Positions 38,062 to 47,315 of a DNA stretch of 64,000 nucleotides are shown piece after piece. Under the pieces are notes generated by a model, which worked only from the letters and a program-made list of their open reading frames with translations, was not told the DNA's origin and made no database searches. Both the position numbers and the translations under genes were made by a program. The stretch's first letter is position 1. Each line of letters begins with the position of its first letter. Source of the stretch: a virus; the IMG/VR virus record IMGVR_UViG_3300033148_003055, positions 17,559 to 81,558 of that record; one strand, 5' to 3'.

Positions 38062-38958
38062 TTACTTTGGCTCGATCACATGCACGTGGTCACCGTGGGC
38101 GATCGGGTACGGCAGCGGAACCGGAAGGCCCAACTGCTCTCGCCCCACCTGCCAGTAGTGCGAGATGAAGAGCTTGACGGCGTACCGCTTCGCCCTCGAC
38201 TGGATGTGACCCGGGGGCAGCATCGGTGTACCCTCCCCCACCTCCAGCTTGGTCAGCTTCTTCGCCCAGTCGGAGGGGGCAAGCCCTTCCATCCTGAGGG
38301 CCTTCACATCGTCACCGTTGAATCTGGCGGCGTACCACGGGTGGGCGTCGGTACTCTTGCCAACGCGGTCCGCCCCCGCGGCGGCCTGCTCGGAGTAATC
38401 GCCGACCTCGTTCTTGGCCGCCTCGTAAGCCTTCCGCTCCTGGTAGTACCGGGCGTAGGTGGCCTTGTCATTGTTCGAGACTTTGACGAAGCTCTCCCCG
38501 ATCTTCCAGCAGAGCACCTTCAGCTTGGCATTCCACGGACGCTTCTGCCCCTTCGCCCACACGGACGAGGGGTCCAACCCCGCGAACCGCCAGACCGCGC
38601 CCGCCGTCTGCGCCTTGTGGATGTCGATATGGGCCAGCAAACCGGCGGCGATCACGGGTCCGATCCCGAGCTGCGACCGCGCCCACTCGCCCAGAGGGTT
38701 CGATTTGCTGTACTTGTCGAGGGCCTTCTTCACCTCGTTCTCCAGCAGCCGGGCGTTCTCGCCGAGCCACCCCACGACCGTATGCGGCTCTTCACTCTTG
38801 GTGAGAGCCCTGACCTGATTCTCGGCCCGCTTTCGGTTGTCCTGCATCTGGTAGTAGGAATCGACCAGATACCGAACCTCCTGGGGCGACAGGGTCGTGG
38901 CTGCGTTCCGTATGTCCTTGGTCATCTTCTGGGCCGCTTCGAGTTCTACACTCATCAC
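38062..38958 (-). CDS. TasA-like protein (IS110/Nop RNA-binding domain, no nuclease domain)
   Basis: Coiled coil YYQMQDNRKRAENQ, GIGPVIAAGLLAHID, VWRFAGL, WNAKLK, RAKRYAVKLFISH; no N-terminal DEDD RuvC; abuts the array. Confidence 0.8.
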   Translation of the reverse strand: MMSVELEAAQKMTKDIRNAATTLSPQEVRYLVDSYYQMQDNRKRAENQVRALTKSEEPHTVVGWLGENARLLENEVKKALDKYSKSNPLGEWARSQLGIGPVIAAGLLAHIDIHKAQTAGAVWRFAGLDPSSVWAKGQKRPWNAKLKVLCWKIGESFVKVSNNDKATYARYYQERKAYEAAKNEVGDYSEQAAAGADRVGKSTDAHPWYAARFNGDDVKALRMEGLAPSDWAKKLTKLEVGEGTPMLPPGHIQSRAKRYAVKLFISHYWQVGREQLGLPVPLPYPIAHGDHVHVIEPK

Positions 38959-39032
38959 ACTCTCCTTTCGAAGCTACGGCTTCGGGGTGGGCGGTGTCCT
39001 TAGTCCTGCCCACCCGTCAGCCGCTCCCCTCG

Positions 39033-39341
39033 CTACGTTGATGCCCTCACGGCCCTCGACACGGGGCCGTACCATATCGTCGCGATCACCAGCAGGATGA
39101 TAGCGGGCTCCGCTACGCGGACCCAGTTCTCCATCTGCCGGTACGCCTGAATGCGGGCGTACCCGTCCCAGTCGTCCACGAGCTGGGAGACGGCTTCGGT
39201 CTGTATCTCGTCAACCTCAGCCCGCAGGATGTGCTGGCCGAGCGCCGCGACCACGGCCACGAGCGCCGTCGTCAGTAACACCCGAACCCCCAGGCCGAAC
39301 GGCGAGTCCGTCTTCGGTCTCTCCAGCTCCCCGTAGATCAC
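39033..39341 (-). CDS. Two-TM membrane protein
   Basis: Two hydrophobic segments. Confidence 0.55.
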   Translation of the reverse strand: MIYGELERPKTDSPFGLGVRVLLTTALVAVVAALGQHILRAEVDEIQTEAVSQLVDDWDGYARIQAYRQMENWVRVAEPAIILLVIATIWYGPVSRAVRAST

Positions 39342-39398
39342 TCGTCACCTCCTTCCGACCGGGGGCGTTAGACCTCGCCCCCGGCCTAGCCGCCGTGG

Positions 39399-40289
39399 CT
39401 ACTTCTTCGTCTTCTTCTTCTTCTTGGACTTCTTCTTCTTCTTGTCCTTGGCCTTGGGCTTGTCCTTGGACTTCTTCTTCGCCTTGGCCTTCTTCTTGGA
39501 CTTCGGCTCGGGCTCCGGCTCCGACAGCTTGATGCCGTGCTTCTCACAGAGCTCGACCTCTTCCTCGACCAGCTCGCTCGAGTCGTACTCGAACTTCTTG
39601 AGGCGCTTGACGAGGGACTCGACGTCGTCGTCCTCCTTGACCTTGGCCTCGAGGGTCTGGGCCAGGGCGATCAGCTCGTCCAGGTCCTCTTCCTCGTCGT
39701 CCCCGCCTTCGTCCTCGTCCTCGCCGTCCTCGTCTCCGTCGGAGTCGTCGCCGTCCTCATCGGCGTCTTCCTCTCCGTCCTCGTCCCCATCGTCGTCGTC
39801 CGCGTCCCCGTCCTCTTCGGCATCCTCATCCTCGGGCTCGCCATCGTCCTCGCCACCGACCACGGCAGCGTCCCCGTCGAGCAGGCGGGTGATGGTGATG
39901 TTGGTGAACCCGTCCTTGCTGGTCTTGACCTTGACCATGACGATCGGGTTCGCGTCGGCGATCTCTTCGATGACTTCCTCGAGGTCTGCCATCTGGTCGG
40001 GGACCTCGCGGCCGAGCTTCTCGATCCGCTGCATCGCGAACTTCCTAGCCCAGTCGCTCTCGCTCTCGAGCTGCGAGTAGTCGCGGATGTTCTCCCCGGC
40101 CATGTCGCCCTCGAGGCAAACCCATCCCCACTTGATCATGAGCTTGCTGGTGTTCTGGGACTCGACGAGCTCCGCGTCCTCAAGCTGGAGCTTGTAGATT
40201 CCGTCCTCGAACTCGGTGCCGCCCAGCGACTTGCTGGACTCCCAGTTGCCCTGCATCTTGCCAAGGCGTTTCCCGAAACTGCTACCCAT
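39399..40289 (-). CDS. ssDNA-binding-like protein (DUF669-like) with acidic linker and Lys-rich tail
   Basis: EFEDGIYKLQL...MIKWGW; downstream of Sak4-like ATPase; AGGAGG RBS. Confidence 0.65.
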   Translation of the reverse strand: MGSSFGKRLGKMQGNWESSKSLGGTEFEDGIYKLQLEDAELVESQNTSKLMIKWGWVCLEGDMAGENIRDYSQLESESDWARKFAMQRIEKLGREVPDQMADLEEVIEEIADANPIVMVKVKTSKDGFTNITITRLLDGDAAVVGGEDDGEPEDEDAEEDGDADDDDGDEDGEEDADEDGDDSDGDEDGEDEDEGGDDEEEDLDELIALAQTLEAKVKEDDDVESLVKRLKKFEYDSSELVEEEVELCEKHGIKLSEPEPEPKSKKKAKAKKKSKDKPKAKDKKKKKSKKKKKTKK

Positions 40290-40315
40290 TCCCGTATCCT
40301 CCTTCTGGTAAATGA

Positions 40316-41302
40316 TTAGAGAGCACGTCGCCCGACCTTCCGCTTCCCTCCCTCCTTGGATTTCTTCTTGGACTTCCTCCTGGGCCGACGCGCTTCTTCC
40401 TTGCCCGCCTTCCTGAAGAACTTCTTCACCACAGAGCTGGCCGTCGCCGTCGGCACCAGAGTCTTCGGGTCGAGCCCGACGTCCTCCCCGTTGAAGGCGG
40501 CCTGCAGAATCTCGAACCCTCCCTCCTTGGTGAGCGGTATGAACCGCGGCAGAGGGGCTCCGATCTCCCGGGCGCCCGCCCAGATGACCTCGTCCCCTTC
40601 GGTGATGATGACACGCTCCGTCGTCCCTGCGGACGAACGGATGTACTCGACGTAGAAGAACAGGTCGACCAGAGCCTCGACGACCCCGCGTGCCTGTCCG
40701 CTCATCGTCGGCGTGATCCGGGTGTACTCCTCGCCGCCCTGGGGTTTGATACTGACCTCCTTGGCGTGCGAGGTGAAGCAGAGACCCCGGCCCGTCTGGA
40801 GGATGCGGTGGACCGTCGTCATGAACTCGGACCTGACCGCCGCCCACCCCTTGCCGTACGCCTCTTCTGACGGGTGGTCGATGCCGAGCTTCTCCCGGCA
40901 GATGTACTCCATGCACATGTCGTACGCCCGGTCGACCGTATCGATGACGACGGTCTTGAACCGGTCCGTCTTCTCCAGGAGATCGACCGCCGCCTTGAGC
41001 AGCTTCCAGTTCTTGCACCCACCACTCTCGTGGTTGTACTCGAATATCTCAAGGCCTTTCGTCCCCGGCTCCGTCGTCAGGAACAGGGTGTCCGGGTACG
41101 ACGACAGGAACGTCGACTTCCCGATCTTCTCCCGCCCGTAGAGCAGGAGCGTGTACTGGAGCAGGTCCGTGATCGCCTCCTTCTTCTCGTCCGGCAGCTC
41201 CGGGGGCGGTGCCGGCTTCGCGAATTTACGCTTTCCTCCTTTTGACTTTGCGCTTTTGCTTGGCCGCTTTTTCTCCACCTTCTCCACTGCCATCGTCATC
41301 AT
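40316..41302 (-). CDS. Sak4-like AAA_24 ATPase
   Basis: LLYGREKIGKST, TVVIDTVD, YGKGW, FTSH. Confidence 0.85.
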   Translation of the reverse strand: MMTMAVEKVEKKRPSKSAKSKGGKRKFAKPAPPPELPDEKKEAITDLLQYTLLLYGREKIGKSTFLSSYPDTLFLTTEPGTKGLEIFEYNHESGGCKNWKLLKAAVDLLEKTDRFKTVVIDTVDRAYDMCMEYICREKLGIDHPSEEAYGKGWAAVRSEFMTTVHRILQTGRGLCFTSHAKEVSIKPQGGEEYTRITPTMSGQARGVVEALVDLFFYVEYIRSSAGTTERVIITEGDEVIWAGAREIGAPLPRFIPLTKEGGFEILQAAFNGEDVGLDPKTLVPTATASSVVKKFFRKAGKEEARRPRRKSKKKSKEGGKRKVGRRAL

Positions 41303-42230
41303 CCTCCAATTCGCGGAACAGTTTGCGCGTCTGCGCGAAGCCTACGTTGTCACCCGATGCACACATGTCCAGGAACTCGCACGACCACATCCCGACGCAC
41401 GCCTGTCGGCGACGGTAGGTCGGAAGGTCGCCCGCCACCCAGGCGGCGAAGTCCTTCAGGATCGCCTCGAGCTCGTCCTCGAAGGTCTTCACAACCACCT
41501 TCGGGAATGTCAGCTCGAACCGCTTGAAGTAATGGTCGGGACGCTCGTAGGCGTCCTTCCGAATACGGGCGATGAACCCGGTCTCGTCCTCCCCCTTCTT
41601 CTGCTTGAGCTGCGGGTTGCGGATGATGTTGTACAGCGCCCCCTTCACCGGGTCGTCCATCATCGCCTTCAGGGCCGTCAAGTAGAAGAGAGTCTGCCAG
41701 TCAAACGACAGGGACGACGTGAGGGCGTCCTCGGAGATTCTGCCCTTGGTCTTCGTCTCCAGCATCCAGACTGACTTCGCCTTCCTGAAAACCCCGTCGA
41801 TCCTGCCGCGGAGGCGGAACCCACGGAACATCACGTCGAACACCGGCTCGACCGCGATCCACTCCCGCTTGATGTCGGAGGTGTGCTCGTTCAGGTACTC
41901 CCCCAGGACGGCCCGGGCCCGGTTCGCCTCGAGCTCCATCTCCTGGGCTTGGTAGGCGTCCGAGCTGCCGACGATGTTCTTCCTCAGGGATTTGGTGATG
42001 CTCCGCTCGATCACCCGCTCCAGATTCCCGACGGCTCCCCTCCCCATCGCCTTGTATAGTTCCTCAAGTGCGGAGTGGACCATCGACCCAAACCGCATCG
42101 CCGACTTCGAGCTTGTCTTCTTCTCCCAGCCGGAGAGGGTCAAGCCCATCCTCTCCCGGCAGTCGAGGAACGCCGCCAGCATAGATTGCGTGGCGCCGTC
42201 TTCGATAGTGTACCCGGTCTTCCAAGTCAT
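41226..42230 (-). CDS. PD-(D/E)XK (Cas4/RecB-like) exonuclease
   Basis: FGSMVHSALE, LRGRID, LETKT, QTLFY, C-terminal Cys cluster. Confidence 0.85.
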   Translation of the reverse strand: MTWKTGYTIEDGATQSMLAAFLDCRERMGLTLSGWEKKTSSKSAMRFGSMVHSALEELYKAMGRGAVGNLERVIERSITKSLRKNIVGSSDAYQAQEMELEANRARAVLGEYLNEHTSDIKREWIAVEPVFDVMFRGFRLRGRIDGVFRKAKSVWMLETKTKGRISEDALTSSLSFDWQTLFYLTALKAMMDDPVKGALYNIIRNPQLKQKKGEDETGFIARIRKDAYERPDHYFKRFELTFPKVVVKTFEDELEAILKDFAAWVAGDLPTYRRRQACVGMWSCEFLDMCASGDNVGFAQTRKLFRELEDDDDGSGEGGEKAAKQKRKVKRRKA

Positions 42231-42247
42231 TCCGTCACCTCCTTCTC

Positions 42248-42652
42248 TCACCCTACCACATTTCTGGTCCGCCATCCAGCCTGAAAATATCTCGACCCCG
42301 CGCAGATGCGGACGCCCTCGCTGCCCTTATCGTACGGAACGTCCCCCTTGTTGTCTGGCCAAGGCTTGTACGGCATCAGCTTGTCTGGGTCGAACCGACC
42401 GCCGAAGTACGACGGGCGCTTCTCCCTGCCGGTCATGGCCGGGAACACGAACCGCGTCGGGAGCTGGAACGGAAGCTCGAGTTCCCACCGCTCCTCGCAC
42501 CGGGAGCAGAGGCACTTCGCGATCCCGACTGCCAGCTTGCTCTGGGAAGAGTACCCGGTCATCGTCACCTCGTAAGACCCGCACTTCGGGCACTTAGCCC
42601 GCCAGTCCAGCAGGTGGGCGACCACTATGTCCTTCGGCAGGAAACTCATCAC
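42248..42652 (-). CDS. Zn-ribbon hypothetical protein
   Basis: CPKC...CSRC. Confidence 0.55.
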   Translation of the reverse strand: MMSFLPKDIVVAHLLDWRAKCPKCGSYEVTMTGYSSQSKLAVGIAKCLCSRCEERWELELPFQLPTRFVFPAMTGREKRPSYFGGRFDPDKLMPYKPWPDNKGDVPYDKGSEGVRICAGSRYFQAGWRTRNVVG

Positions 42653-42897
42653 CGTGCTCTCATTTCTCGAAGGTTAGCCACCATGTGCCTTCTCTTCACC
42701 AAACACGTCATCGACTCCCCGCACCACCAGCCTATCAACGATGGCACGCAAAACCCCCTCCCGCTCAGCTGTAACGTCGGCGTGCGGGCGAAGGTCGTGG
42801 CGTCGGCATAACTCCCGGTGGATATGGTCTCGCAAGACCTCTAGCATCGTCTGCACTTCCACGCCGCACCTCCTTCACTTGGTAGCCAACCATGTGC

Positions 42898-43194
42898 CTA
42901 TTCGTCCTCGACATAGCCGCCGCACTCGGAACACCGCTTCGTGGACATGTACTCCATGCACCACAGGAACATCGCTAGATTGGCAGTGTCTACGGCCTGG
43001 TCTGGGCAGCCGCGCGCAGTGTCCGCAGAATGGTCGAGCAATGCCTGTTCGAGAACCTGCTTCCGGGAGGGGTCGTCCCATCCTGACCACCCATCACGCC
43101 CCTTTCTCAGCAGCTTGCGCTCCATCTCGCTCCAAAACGCCTCCATCGCGCGCGTCAGCTTCACTCTCTCGTCCTCTAGTGGTCTTGCCATCAT
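42898..43194 (-). CDS. Conserved phage hypothetical protein
   Basis: MERKL..K...GW.GW...VDTANLAMFLW. Confidence 0.55.
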   Translation of the reverse strand: MMARPLEDERVKLTRAMEAFWSEMERKLLRKGRDGWSGWDDPSRKQVLEQALLDHSADTARGCPDQAVDTANLAMFLWCMEYMSTKRCSECGGYVEDE

Positions 43195-43704
43195 GCCCCC
43201 TTGGCGCCATTGCGCCTAAACGATCTGCACTGGTCGCAGTCCATGCACCATCCTGCGGATCTTATTTCGCGCCGAGGCCCCGGGCCGCAAGACTTGGGCC
43301 TTGTGGCACTAGCCACCCGCGCGGGCGCGGTGCACCGGTATATGCCCAGCTTGGTCCTGCGCCGCTTCCTGAACCGGCAGTCGAAACAGCAGCTATTCCG
43401 CGACATCACTCCCCCTCGTCTCTCGAAGGTTGCATACCTTATGCCTCGCTGTCTATGATCTTGAAGTCGTCTTCCTTGAGCCACCAGCAGAGCGCCCACC
43501 GTTTGGCTGCGGACGCCTCAGAGAAGCGGCCCCAGGCCTCGCCGCTCTCCACGTCCACCACCTCCCACCTCAACGCGGCGGTCCTGTGTTCACGGCAGTA
43601 ATTCATCGCCCCGCGCCCCTCAGCGAACTCAAACCAGCAGCCGCAGGGCAGCTTATGACGAACAGCGTTGCCCTCGTGGGCTCCACAACAGTTACAGCGT
43701 TCCA

Positions 43705-44637
43705 TCACTCCCCTCCGTTCTGCACGTTTCTGCATGGCTGCATGCCTTGTGCCTTTTCACCAAACGGCATATCCATGAACTCCAGCACCTCGCGCAGCCC
43801 CAGCTTGTCCATGCAGTACGTCCAGAGCCTGGGGTGCGTCTCCTTCATGCGCTCAAAGCGGTTAGGACGCCCCTCCATGTGGAGCCCGAAGCAGCAGAAC
43901 ACGCAGCCGGTCCGGCCGTAACCCATGTCGTAGATGTCCGAATACGGCACGTTGTTGTCATTGAGGTACTGCCAGACATCATCTTCGAGCCAGAACGACA
44001 GCGGCCTAGACAGTGGCGTTTTGGTATCGAAGGCGTTACACCCAGTAGCGAGGTAGCGTTGCCGACGGTTATTGGAGTCAGACGCCATTTCCCCGGTGAT
44101 CCCGTGCAGCCCCGACTCCTTCTCGAACTTGTGGAACGGTCGCTTCTTCATCACCGCACAGCATCCCTCGCCAATCTTGAACGGGGCGTCCAAGAGCCAC
44201 TTCCACTTCTCGCTTATCTTGCCCTTCGGGCCATTCGGGAAACCCCAGAGGCGATAGAACTTCTGCACCTCCGACTTCGTGTTGTTGTACCGGCTGATTG
44301 CCATGGCCTGCTCCTTGGACACCACCGGCCACCCGTACTTGTCTATAACCTCACGGAACCGCATCTTCGGCTTGAGCCAGACGACGTTCTCTGTAGCCCG
44401 AACAAACCGCACAACCTCGGGGAACTCCAGCCCGGTGTTGCAGAACACGGCCGGGACGCGTGGGTAGATACTCCTTACGAGATGGAGTAGCGCAGTAGAG
44501 TCCTTCCCGCCAGAGAACGACACGTACACGTCACCCCGCCAATGGTCGTGCCATTCGCGGATACGCCGATCCGACATGATAACCTTGCCGTCAAGCGGTT
44601 GGCCTTGCCGTTGAGCTAGTGTGGCCCTGCTGATCAT
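43705..44637 (-). CDS. PAPS reductase family protein
   Basis: SFSGGKDS, NTGLEFPE, CC..MKK, RTGCVFC. Confidence 0.9.
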   Translation of the reverse strand: MISRATLAQRQGQPLDGKVIMSDRRIREWHDHWRGDVYVSFSGGKDSTALLHLVRSIYPRVPAVFCNTGLEFPEVVRFVRATENVVWLKPKMRFREVIDKYGWPVVSKEQAMAISRYNNTKSEVQKFYRLWGFPNGPKGKISEKWKWLLDAPFKIGEGCCAVMKKRPFHKFEKESGLHGITGEMASDSNNRRQRYLATGCNAFDTKTPLSRPLSFWLEDDVWQYLNDNNVPYSDIYDMGYGRTGCVFCCFGLHMEGRPNRFERMKETHPRLWTYCMDKLGLREVLEFMDMPFGEKAQGMQPCRNVQNGGE

Positions 44638-45192
44638 TCACCCCTCCGTCACATGGTACTTAACCATGTGACTATTCGATCCGCTCCACGGTGATCTTAA
44701 CGTTGCACTTGTCGCCGCCCTTAAGACCGCACGCTTCCTCAAGTGCTTGTCCTAGAGGCCCAAGCGCGTCAACGTGAATGCACCACGGCGACGTGAACCC
44801 GTGCCATAGACCTACTTGGTTGCACTTGATGCCCAGCCCAAGCACGAGCCGCCTCTCTCCGCAACTGGCCGCCATTGCGTCCTTGCCAACCTCGGCCTCG
44901 AAACTGGTCGCCATCATTCCTCCTTGCCGCTCGATGGTTGCGTCCTCATGCCTTTGGCCCGATATGGAAGTCGCATGTGCCGTCAGCCTCACACGCTTCC
45001 GGGTTGCACGGCACCTTAACCCCGGCATGGCAATTGCCGCAATCCTCGCAGCACGTCATGATGTCATTGAGTCCACAGCCGCAGTCCTCGCCGTAAAGCC
45101 CGTCGTAGCCGTTCGCCTTCAGGTACTCATAGACGATCTCGTATACCGTAGGGTTCTTCATCTCGCCTCCCGTTCTGCACACTTCTGCATGG

Positions 45193-46788
45193 CTAGTTAC
45201 CAAGTGCCTCCACCAATCGGAATACGTCCATCAACCCCCGCACGAACATCCGGTATTCGGTGCTCTGCTCCCGGCCACGCCGCAGGATGTATGCGGGGTG
45301 GACGAGGTGAATCGTATCGGGCCAGTGGGTCTTGCAGACCCGTTCGGCCTCCCGGCCCAGGGCGATGATGTAGACGGGTTTGACCGCCCGCTCGATCCGG
45401 TGGAGCCTCGGCCAACAGGCCATCTGCTCCTCCTGGGTCGGGGGGCGGTTGTCGCCGCGCTTGCGATCTGTGGGCCGGCAGTTGTGAACCACCGCACCAG
45501 CCGTGACGAAGTTGTGCGCCTCTTCAACGTCGATACAATACACCAAATCTGGCGTCGCGTCGTACGGTACCACGATCGCCGGTTTGAAATAACTGGTGGC
45601 CGGCTCTGGAGCGTAATACTCTTCGCAGAATTTCACATCCCGGAGGTTGGGCGGAAGCTTGTACTTCAAAGTCGGTGGTACGAGGTGGGCGATCTCAGTC
45701 AAGAAACGCCTCGCGTCTACGGAGCGAAAGTACAACCTCCATGTTGCGAACTTCTTGATCCTAGGGCTGTACCCGCGTCGTTCGAACTCAGCCTTCGCGA
45801 TTTCTGCATTGGCCTCTTCGAGGGGCAGTGCGAACTCAAGACCCTTCGACTGTCCTCCCTTGTTAGCCCGCTGGTGGCCATCGTCCAAGAACCAAACAGC
45901 CAATCCCAACGGACCTAGCTTGCGGAGAGACTCAGGGTGGAACACCTTCCCATGAGGATACCAGGTCTTCCAAAGGTCGCGCATGAACGGGCACAGTTTG
46001 GTCTCGGTACGCAGTATCACGTGACACGGCTCCAGGGTTTGGTGCCGGGCAGAAACCCTTGAATCAAACCCGTCTAAGACTGCGGCCTTTAGACGAAGAT
46101 ACTCAGCTTGTCGTTCGGAATGGGATATTGCAAATTGCCCAAATGAGCTAACGGTTCCATCCCCAAGCATAGAGCCTATGATAATCTGCTCTGCTCGAGG
46201 TCCAGGTGCTGGGGTCCCTGTCGATACCAAATCCCCGTCCCTGATTTCGGCGGCAGGTATCCACCCCCGTGAAGTTGAGACGAGATGATCCTCCGTCAAT
46301 CGAACCCCGGTGAACCCCTTGGGGTTACCTCTTATCCCTTCAAAACTCAAGTGCAGCAACTTCCTACCATCTCTACGAGTTCGGTGCCAGCCTACGATTT
46401 CTCTTAGAGCGAGTTCGCCGTTTGGAAGTACACAATGAACGCGACCAGACCATCGATGTTTCACGATCCAGTTGATCCGCTTTGGGCCTTCTTCGGTCCG
46501 CACTTGAGCATATCCGTCTAAGCACGCTACACTATTTGTTATGAAGTAGGTCGGGGTGAAGTCCACCTTGTCGCCGGCGAGCTCGATAGCTCCGTGGAGC
46601 AGGCGTCCGGACGGACCGACGAACGGACGGCCCATGAGGTCCTCATTCTTCCCTGGGGCCTCCCCGACGAAGAGCAGGTCCGCCGGCAGGTCACCCTCAC
46701 CGAGGACGATCTTCCGGCGGAACTCCGCCAGGCCGCACCGGGTACACGTCCCGAAGTCAGCCTTGAACTTTTTCCCTAGCTTCTTCAT
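45193..46788 (-). CDS. Uracil-DNA glycosylase family 4 with intein
   Basis: CTRC, VGEAPG, GRPFVGPSG, TNSVA/CRP, HPAY. Confidence 0.9.
   Translation of the reverse strand: MKKLGKKFKADFGTCTRCGLAEFRRKIVLGEGDLPADLLFVGEAPGKNEDLMGRPFVGPSGRLLHGAIELAGDKVDFTPTYFITNSVACLDGYAQVRTEEGPKRINWIVKHRWSGRVHCVLPNGELALREIVGWHRTRRDGRKLLHLSFEGIRGNPKGFTGVRLTEDHLVSTSRGWIPAAEIRDGDLVSTGTPAPGPRAEQIIIGSMLGDGTVSSFGQFAISHSERQAEYLRLKAAVLDGFDSRVSARHQTLEPCHVILRTETKLCPFMRDLWKTWYPHGKVFHPESLRKLGPLGLAVWFLDDGHQRANKGGQSKGLEFALPLEEANAEIAKAEFERRGYSPRIKKFATWRLYFRSVDARRFLTEIAHLVPPTLKYKLPPNLRDVKFCEEYYAPEPATSYFKPAIVVPYDATPDLVYCIDVEEAHNFVTAGAVVHNCRPTDRKRGDNRPPTQEEQMACWPRLHRIERAVKPVYIIALGREAERVCKTHWPDTIHLVHPAYILRRGREQSTEYRMFVRGLMDVFRLVEALGN
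45481..46524 (-). mobile_element. Intein (348 aa) with LAGLIDADG endonuclease
   Basis: CLDGYAQV start, LTEDH, IGSMLGDG, VWFLDDG, ends VVHN followed by Cys. Confidence 0.92.
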
Positions 46789-47315
46789 AACACCCTCTGC
46801 ATCGCGAGGCCCATCCCGACCGCGTCTGAAACGTGGTTCCCGAACGCGAGCCCGAGGGCCCTGTCGATCCTGCGGTCGACCGCCTTCTTCGACAGCTGCC
46901 CCTTCCACTCCCCCGGCTTCACGAGCACGACCTCCGCCCCGGCGTCGTACGCGACCTGGGCGAGACGTCCAGTCAAGAACGTCAGCTTGAAGAGGTCCCC
47001 CTTCGATCCCGCCGCCATGCTCGTCGAGCTCCCAGACCAGAGCTCCTGGAACTCGAAGACGACGCAAGTCGGCGACTCGAGGTCCTCGTCCAGCATTGAC
47101 ATGAACGCCTCGACGATCCCGTCCACCTTCGCCCGCCACCCTTTGCGGCGGGATACTATCGAGACCGTTTCGATCGGGGCCTCTTCAGAGCTGATGAACT
47201 GGGCGACGCCTGTCCCCCCGATCCCGGGGTCGACGGTCCAGTAGTACCCCGGCAGCTTCGGCTCCAGGACCTTCCTGTCGAAGTACGGGTGGACGTCGGA
47301 CTTACGCTTTGGCAC
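46785..47315 (-). CDS. RuvC-like Holliday junction resolvase
   Basis: VDPGIGGTG, VFE, P.EWKG, SDAVGMG. Confidence 0.8.
   Translation of the reverse strand: MPKRKSDVHPYFDRKVLEPKLPGYYWTVDPGIGGTGVAQFISSEEAPIETVSIVSRRKGWRAKVDGIVEAFMSMLDEDLESPTCVVFEFQELWSGSSTSMAAGSKGDLFKLTFLTGRLAQVAYDAGAEVVLVKPGEWKGQLSKKAVDRRIDRALGLAFGNHVSDAVGMGLAMQRVL

Noticed and set aside
38062-38958. Active IS110 transposase or insertion sequence
   Set aside because: No N-terminal DEDD catalytic domain and no element ends; the gene is integrated in the replication operon
41226-42230. Cas4 as a spacer-acquisition enzyme for the array
   Set aside because: Lies in the usual exonuclease-Sak4-SSB recombination trio; nothing links it to the array beyond proximity
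46788-47139. N-terminal extensions given in the ORF track for UDG (also rSAM, SSB-like, portal)
   Set aside because: They overlap upstream genes; downstream starts with RBS or stop-start coupling fit better
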